From: the human T2T-CHM13v2.0 reference genome, Homo sapiens | Assembly (NCBI RefSeq): GCF_009914755.1 | Contig: NC_060931.1 | DNA length: 64,000 nt | Strand: one strand, 5' to 3' | In this document: positions 56,871-64,000 of the stretch, piece by piece | Layout: each line of letters begins with the position of its first letter | How positions within the stretch are numbered: the stretch's first letter is position 1 | Position numbers and translations under genes: made by a program | Notes under the pieces: generated by a model | Database searches by the model: none | Seen by the model: only the letters and a program-made list of their open reading frames with translations | Told to the model about the DNA's origin: nothing

Positions 56871-58487
56871 GGCAAGCGCTGCTAAACAGCTTAATAGTGA
56901 AGTGGCTGAAATATGAACATCGGGTGTCTCTGGTGATGATTTCCTTTTTGTAGTTTTCTAGTTTTCCAGATGTTTCCAAATAAGCATATATTACTTCCAC
57001 AATTATCTTTTTAAAACTGTTACAGAGATGTAAAAAATAGGACATATTATATATGAGAAACGGACTTAGGATTTTGGAGAGGTGAGTGGGGATCAGAAGG
57101 ACACAGGAAACCTTATTCTGTTTGCCTGGAAAAGCAAGGCCTGCAATAGATGAAGAGGAGATTTCTGCAGAAATGTACAGAATATTTTTGACCTTTTATT
57201 CAGGCCAACAGATTTACTCCATTTCTAGGTCTGAGCCACCAATTGTGTTTCTTGGTTGAGTTTGAGAGTTTGGTAGGACAGATGGTGGAAACTGTTCCCA
57301 AATTCTGAAACGAGGTAAGCTACCATTCTGGGCTGTGAAGTGGTGAGGTGCACTCTCATCCCTGCTGTGTTTTAGTGGGAAGCCTTGTGAGGTTTCATCA
57401 GGGAATATGAAAACATCTCTTACACCAGAACCTCACTAATCATGTAAAGTTTGCTTCCTTGTTAAATGATTAAACGTAAACATAAGAAGGTAAGGTCCTT
57501 GATATCTGTTTTCAGAGTGTCTTAGCCACTCCCTATTTATTATGTCTTAACAGATTTGCCTGATATATTTTTTTAAATTTCAAACCAAGGTCACTGTTCT
57601 GAAAGGGAATTTCAGAGATAATACATTGTTATTAAGGGATTGTTGCTAATTCCAAAACATATTCACCCTGTTAGACCCTGTGATATTAGCTCATATGTGC
57701 TTTTATTTTAATCTGTGATTAATGGGGTGATGAGTAGGGAATTTCAGGGCAACATTTTAAACTAAGTTCTTCTCATCTTTCTGTCAAAATCTTTATTGGG
57801 ATCATAAATCTCAGCTCTCAGAAGAGGATGTGGGAATTAGATCCTATGACCGTTAAAACACCACATGGAGCTCAGCTGTGTGGACGCAAAGTAACTCTGC
57901 GTGGGGCGTGAGGTTGGGTGTGTGTTTGGAACCCTAAGGGTGGCCAGTTGAAGATTTCAGAGCCAAGGGCAGCTGAAGAAGCCAACTCCTGAGTTTTACA
58001 CTAGCACAGAGGAGGATAGATTTTTATCTTGTGGTGGAAATAATATTTAACCTAGCAATATGTATGTATTTGGATGATGTCATACTTTCTTCTTGAAATA
58101 TACAAACGCTTTGATGAATTTCTTTCATCTTTAAACTCTTTCATAATGAATCTCTTACATAATAAATCTCTTTAATATATTTTGCAGTCTTTGTATTCAC
58201 ACACAATTGTAAATTCTTAAAAGAAGAGCATATTTATTCTAAGTTCATATATTATTACTATTGAAAACAAAGACACAATAGATAAAGAGTATTGCATGAG
58301 CCCTGAATTGAAAACTATGCTTGGAAGACACTAACAGAACTATCTTCAAGTCAGTTGAAGGAAAATATTTGCAGCCAGGCATTTCTTTCCCTGAAATAAT
58401 ATCTATGCCTTTTTAGTAGATGGCCTGAGGTGGCAAGGTAAGAGCTTCAGTTATTGTAAGTGAAAACCTCAGGATATGGCTGGGCAT

Positions 58488-58647
58488 GGTAGCACATGCC
58501 TGTACGCTGTACTCAGGATGCTGAGGCAGGAGGATCTCTTGAGGCCAGGAGTTTGAAGCTATAATGCTCTACGATCACTCCTGTGAATAACCATGGCACT
58601 CCAGCCTGGGCAGCATAGTGGAGCCCTCCATCTTAAAAAAAAAAAAA
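58488..58647 (+). mobile_element. FAM (fossil Alu monomer)
   Basis: Monomer retaining the 7SL-derived cctgtgaataaccatggcactccagcctgggc segment that dimeric Alus lack. Confidence 0.8.
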
Positions 58648-60823
58648 GGAAAATGTAAAAAAGTTCCAGATATGCTTAGAAGCAGATTTTTCAAATCCCA
58701 TGGGGATGGGCTCAAAGAACAATATGATCAATAACCAGCTGACAATGATTAAAGCATCATCTTTGGAAGATGATAAGCTAAAGGTAAGGAATGTAAATCT
58801 TATTGCCTAAAACTCTTTGCAGTCAGCCAACTTAATTGAGTGTCTTTGAGAAAATTATTGTCTCATCTATCATATTGGTGCAATGAAAATAATACCTACA
58901 TTGTACACATGTGGAATTTAAATAAGAAAATATTTTATATATCTACATAGCTCCTGGATATAGTACAAGTTTAAAACATTGTAGTTTATTATCAGGTTCC
59001 TGAGAGATGGCATCAATGGCAAAACGGTCACCAAAGCTATACCTTTAGAATTAGAGGATAATCCCAATTTTGTGGACAACATGTGGGTCTAAGCACCGTA
59101 GCATCTGTCAGCCTGTCCTGTCTCCTTTTTTAAAGAGCCAAATAGGAATTCTGTTGTGATTGAAGGACTTTCTATCCATCCCTGCAATCCTAGATGCTTT
59201 GGGATGCCTGCATAGAAGTTGTGCACTTTTTTCAAACACTGATGGAATAAAACAGTGTAATTACCTCTCTTTTTTTCACACCTAGCATAGAAGACTGATT
59301 TCAGGCTTTTTGAGGGGATTGGGTGGTGGTCCTCATCTGAGGATGAGGCTACATAAGTCATGGAAGACCTTGCCAATCCAGGTAGGGTACAACTCTAGGC
59401 CCTGTGTGGCTGGTCAAGGAGTCAGTCACTGGCTCATCTCTGGCCTCCCAGGAAGCTGGAGTTGAAAAGGATCTCAGGGTGATCAGATAGAGAACTGCAG
59501 AAGGGGAGGGTCAAGCCAGCTTCTTTCAGATTTATTACAGTCCCCTAAAGCATTAATGACCTTTTTGCCTAAAGCTAATACAGGGAAACTTTTAGTTCAT
59601 TGACCTTCAAATAATTACAGCTGTTTGGAAAGCTTTTGGTCATAGAAACTGGCAGTACTTCCAAACATTTCAAAGATGTCTATCATCTTAATAGCACCTG
59701 TCCTTTAACCCTGCACACACACTCCAAAAAGGTTAACTAAAAAATACAACGATTAATTTTATATTCTGATGTTTTCTTATGAGCACAGCTGTGGCCACTT
59801 TAGTGTCCAGCAAAGCATTTCTTTGGCGAGTGATTTAGGGAGGGGTGGAAAGTGGAATGGAAAAAATCTCTGGAAAGTCTTTAACACTGGGGCGTATTTT
59901 CTCCCTGTTTCACTCCAAGGAATTCCCACTCATGGAATCTGGCCTATCATAAAGAACTTTTTCCTTTTGTACTTGATTCAACTTAGTAAATGATGTCAAC
60001 CAGCTATGGTGAATGATGAGTGTTCCTCAAACCACAGAACAATAGACTTCATCGTTGAAGCTCTAAAAGAGCAGGAATCTGTCTGTTCCACTTCCCTCCT
60101 GCTGGGCACCATCTTCTAGCTCAGCTGGAGCCTCTTGTTCATAATTCCTCCCCTAGAGCAAGTCCTTTTTTGCTGAACTCTAGGACACCCGGCATGCATT
60201 CCTCTTCAACTGCCTTTGTTGGCCTGAATGCTGAAACAACATCACTGAACTAACATCTCCTTAAGAAGACATTTGTCATCAAAGAGGCAAATCCTCAATG
60301 AGGACAACCCTACCTTTAAAAAATCATGTCTAAACCAGCAAAATTTAAAAGATTCAGAGCTTTTTTTAAAAATCTTTTTAAAGGTAGGTTTCAAAAAATC
60401 AATTTGCCCCACTAAATTCATGGTAACTGGCACAGGAGATGGCATGAGAATGAGAAGTATTCCTTTTAGCTATACCCACAATGGCCTGTGTTCTTGTCCT
60501 CCAATCGTATCACAAATTGTCAAATGTTGGTGCACCACTGCATCCCATATTTCACACATCTGATTTTGTCTTAAGTAATTATAGTTCCCAAAGCTCACAA
60601 CTCTCTTTTTCTCAACTATATTTCTCCTGGAGTTTGTCTTCACACAAAGGTCTCTTCCCAGTTTTCTTCTTCTAATAACAGTGCACTTATTTTTTTCTCT
60701 CTGCTAGGCATACTGTCACCACATCCGACTTTGTTCTTTACAGCCACTCAGTCATGGCCCTTACAGTTTTGCTTCACTCCATATATACCATTTCATTTCC
60801 CTTCCCACTGCCACTCCCTAGAA

Positions 60824-61498
60824 CAGGCAGTTCTGGCTTTTCACACTAATGAGGAACCACAGATATGACTGTGCAAACAGAAACTGGAATGTGATCTTGT
60901 TCATCGAAGGGGAAACTTACAATTGTTCTGGGACCTTTAAAAATATTTTGTTGAAACATTAAAAACTCCTTTGTTGTAGGTTATAAATGCACAGGAAATT
61001 TTTTAAAAATAGTACAACTAATAATTATTTAGTATACTGTAATTTAAAACATCAGAAATATGAAGAAATAAAGTATTTTATTTATTTGTAAATATGGAGT
61101 ATAGTTTGAATGAGGTTGCCCTCCTCTTCTCATTGTAGGACTTAGTGTATGGAGTGAGCATCTTTACTATGCCCTGAAAAACTGTCATACTCCTTTCTAA
61201 GTTTGAATCAGCTTCCAACTATCTATTCTTTGTTTTTTCAATGTCATGAAATGCCTCTGAGAGTTCCTTTAATGTGAGTTTTTTTTTGCCAGTGTAACTT
61301 TTCCAGGATACCTTTATCCTAAAATGGATGAACACATCCATTTTCTTCATTTATGTTGTTAAGTTTGCCTTCCCTAAGTTCCTCTGGAATGTCTCAAACA
61401 GTGGCAATATTCCCTCCGATAGCTATTTCTTCCATAACTCCATTAATACTCAACTTGAATTTCACTTTCAGAGTGTATTAGGGTTCTCCAGAGAAATA

Positions 61499-61536
<38 letters not shown>

Positions 61537-62461
61537 ACACAGAGACACAAGCACGCACATGCACAGATTTATTTTATCTTATATATGTGAAGATTTATAA
61601 TATACATGAAGATGTATACGTGTATATATATGAATATTTATTTTATTATGGAAATTGGCTTACACAATTACAGAGGCTGCAAAGTTTCACCGTCTACAAC
61701 CTGGAGAACCAAGAAAGCCAGTGGAGTAATTCAGCCAAAAGTCCAAGTCCAAAGGCCTGAGAACCACAGTCCCAATGTCCAGGTGCAAGAGAAGACGAAT
61801 ATCCCAGCTCAAACAGAGAGTAAATTTGCCTTTCCTCCACCTTCTTGTTCTATTAGATGATGCCTGACCACATCGGTGTGGGTGATTTGATCTTTACTCA
61901 GTTTACTGATTTACATGCTAATGTCTTCTGCAGACACCCTCACAGACACACCGGAAATAATATTTTACCAGCTGCCTGGGCGTTGCTTATCTCATCCAAG
62001 TTGACGCATAAAATTAACCATCATATAGAGTTCTCTATTTTTGTTTCTTTGCTGTACTTTGATCTTTGTGACACTTCATCTGTTGGCCAATTTTCTCTTT
62101 TGATTAGCCATTTTTGAAAATGTTATGCAGTTTTATCACTAGAAGAAAAGGAAGAAACACAACTACATGCTTTGCTGCCAGTGTAAGGATTGAATAAAAA
62201 ATGTGCAGAGACCAATCACCAATAGACATTGAAAGAAGTGGCATGATTGGTCACTGATCATATGCACATCTGGTAGGCATGTAGTGATTTGTGGGTTGAA
62301 GATCTAGAAGTGAAGTTTCTCCTTTATGCAATTACTCACAGTTAATATACTATAGCAACTGAAATCAGAACTGTGGTTGTTGGGGGACTGATGTCATTGA
62401 ACTGAACTGTGGCAACTGAAATCTTTGGAATACTGGAGCTGTGCTAAGCAAGGATGGGCTG
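60824..62461. mobile_element. Old Tigger-family element (Tigger13-like) split by MLT2
   Basis: Inverted termini caggcagttctggcttttcac / gtgctaagcaaggatgggctg. Confidence 0.6.
61474..62025 (-). mobile_element. MLT2 (ERVL) solo LTR with internal (CA)n
   Basis: tgtattagggttctccagagaaa...caagttgacgcataaaattaaccatcata. TSD cagag/tagag. Confidence 0.9.
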
Positions 62462-63299
62462 ATTATTACTAGGACAATTTTCTGTCTTCTATTTTTATGT
62501 TTAGTGCATCTAATTCAACTCACATTTATCAATCCAGATTTTCTTCCAAGATAACTAATATCTTAGTCATCTAACCAATCAAGGACCTCACAATAGTTTA
62601 CATGTAGTTTTCACCTAAACCTGGGTATAACGTGTTTATAACCATCTTCCTGGTCCTCCTAAGCACTTATACTTATATCCTAATATTTCATCTCTATTAA
62701 GCTCCAGGGGATAATAGGTGTTCTTTAACCCTCTGCAGGATTAGAGAATTGAGGCTGCTTTGTTACTATTGTTCACAATAAACTTCCACAGGAAGTGAGT
62801 TAGAAGACTCTAGACCTTTTTAAATCCTGAACTTCCTGGGCATCTTGTCTGAGTGATATCTTCAGTAAAGTGTATCCTAAGAGCTGTCTTTGTGTTTCCT
62901 GGGCCTTCTTCACAAGCTTGCTCTCCAAATAGCCCCACATCTGGGAGACTGACTGCTGAGCTCCTAAGTTGAAACACACAGAGTTTTCAAACATGTTGCT
63001 TTGTAGGCGACACCGACAGAGGTACTTCCACCTGACGTTCTATCTGCTGTCTTTCAAATCAGAGTCTGGAAAGAGTAATCCTGCCTTGCTTATTTAGACA
63101 AGGATACCTCTCTCTTTGGCACTGCTATAGAGAGATGTCAACGTCTCTTATTCACAGTCTCCTTCAGTCACTGGGAAATAGGACAATATCCCTAAATTTT
63201 TCTTTTATATAACACAAAACTACCTCAAAAGAATAAGAGATAAACGGTCAGAGGCTTTTTTTTGTCTTTTTATTCTGAGCCCCCAAAGAAAAACCTATA

Positions 63300-63735
63300 G
63301 TGTCAAGCTGGCAGAATTTTGTAACTATCTTGACCAATGGAGTATAATCACGTAATGCCATGTGCCTTCCAAGGCTAGATGATAAGAACACCTTGCACTT
63401 TGGCCTTGCCTACTTAGGACATTTGTTCCTAAAACCCAGCTGCTAGACATGCTATGAGGAAGGACAGAAAAACCCATGTGCAGAGGCTGTGCAGAGCCAA
63501 TTTGGCCAGTAGTCCATCTGAGGTCCCAGCCAATAATCAGCATCAACTACCAGAGGTGCGAGTGAAAATGCAAGCAGATGATTCCTGCTCCCAGCTCTTG
63601 TCACCCCTAATCTTTGAGTCTGCCAAGCAAATGCCCCCGATGTGGCATAGCAGACATATAAGCATCTGCCCTGCATCCAGACTAAATTCCTGACCCATAA
63701 AATCTGTGAATCTGTGAATACAAATGTTGTTGTTT
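63300..63735 (+). mobile_element. MLT1 (F-H type) LTR
   Basis: ctgaggtcccagccaataatcagcatcaactaccaga...aaattcctgacccataaaatctgtga. Confidence 0.7.
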
Positions 63736-63737
63736 CC

Positions 63738-63804
<67 letters not shown>

Positions 63805-63906
63805 TTCTTTCTCCTTCCTTCCTTCATTTCTTTCTTTCTTTTCCTTTTTCTTTCTTTCTTTCCTTTCTTTCTTCCTTTCTTTCCTGCTTTCTTTTTCTTT
63901 CGTTCT

Positions 63907-63942
<36 letters not shown>

Positions 63943-63960
63943 GTTTTTTTTTTTTTTTTT
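63738..63960. repeat. (TTTC)n / polypyrimidine tract (expanded Alu tail)
   Basis: About 15 TTTC units, then degenerate CT-rich sequence and poly-T. Confidence 0.97.
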
Positions 63961-64000
63961 GAGAAAGAGTTGCTCTGTAACCCAGGCTGGAGTGCAGTGA
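63944..64000 (-). mobile_element. Alu (3' end; truncated by the window edge)
   Basis: ttttgagaaagagttgctctgtaacccaggctggagtgcagtg. Confidence 0.9.

Noticed and set aside
58488-58647. 7SL RNA gene or pseudogene
   Set aside because: Lacks most of the S domain and fits FAM better.

Overview
Mammalian (primate, almost certainly human) genomic DNA: AT-rich, Alu/L1-dense, no CpG island. The only supportable protein-coding sequence is exon 2 (21946-22154) and exon 3 (CDS 23306-23502, 3'UTR to about 25040) of EPDR1 (ependymin-related 1) on the + strand. Bases 1-21945 are the 3' part of EPDR1 intron 1 (exon 1 lies outside the window) and about 25040-64000 is downstream sequence. From recall this is the 7p14 SFRP4/EPDR1 locus. 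The rest is mostly transposon fossils. These include a full-length Hsmar2 mariner with both TIRs and TA ends carrying two Alus, a Tigger3 split by an L1PA, a MER2 split by an AluJ, a Tigger split by an MLT2, THE1/MLT LTRs, a FAM, many Alus, and L1, L2 and MIR fragments. I found no convincing novel biological system. The best leads are a chain of well-formed candidate exons on the minus strand (a possible spliced antisense or SFRP4-upstream transcript), candidate poison exons and inverted Alu pairs in EPDR1 intron 1, alternative polyadenylation, and several non-B-DNA tracts. Repeat subfamily names and boundaries come from reading motifs by eye and are approximate.
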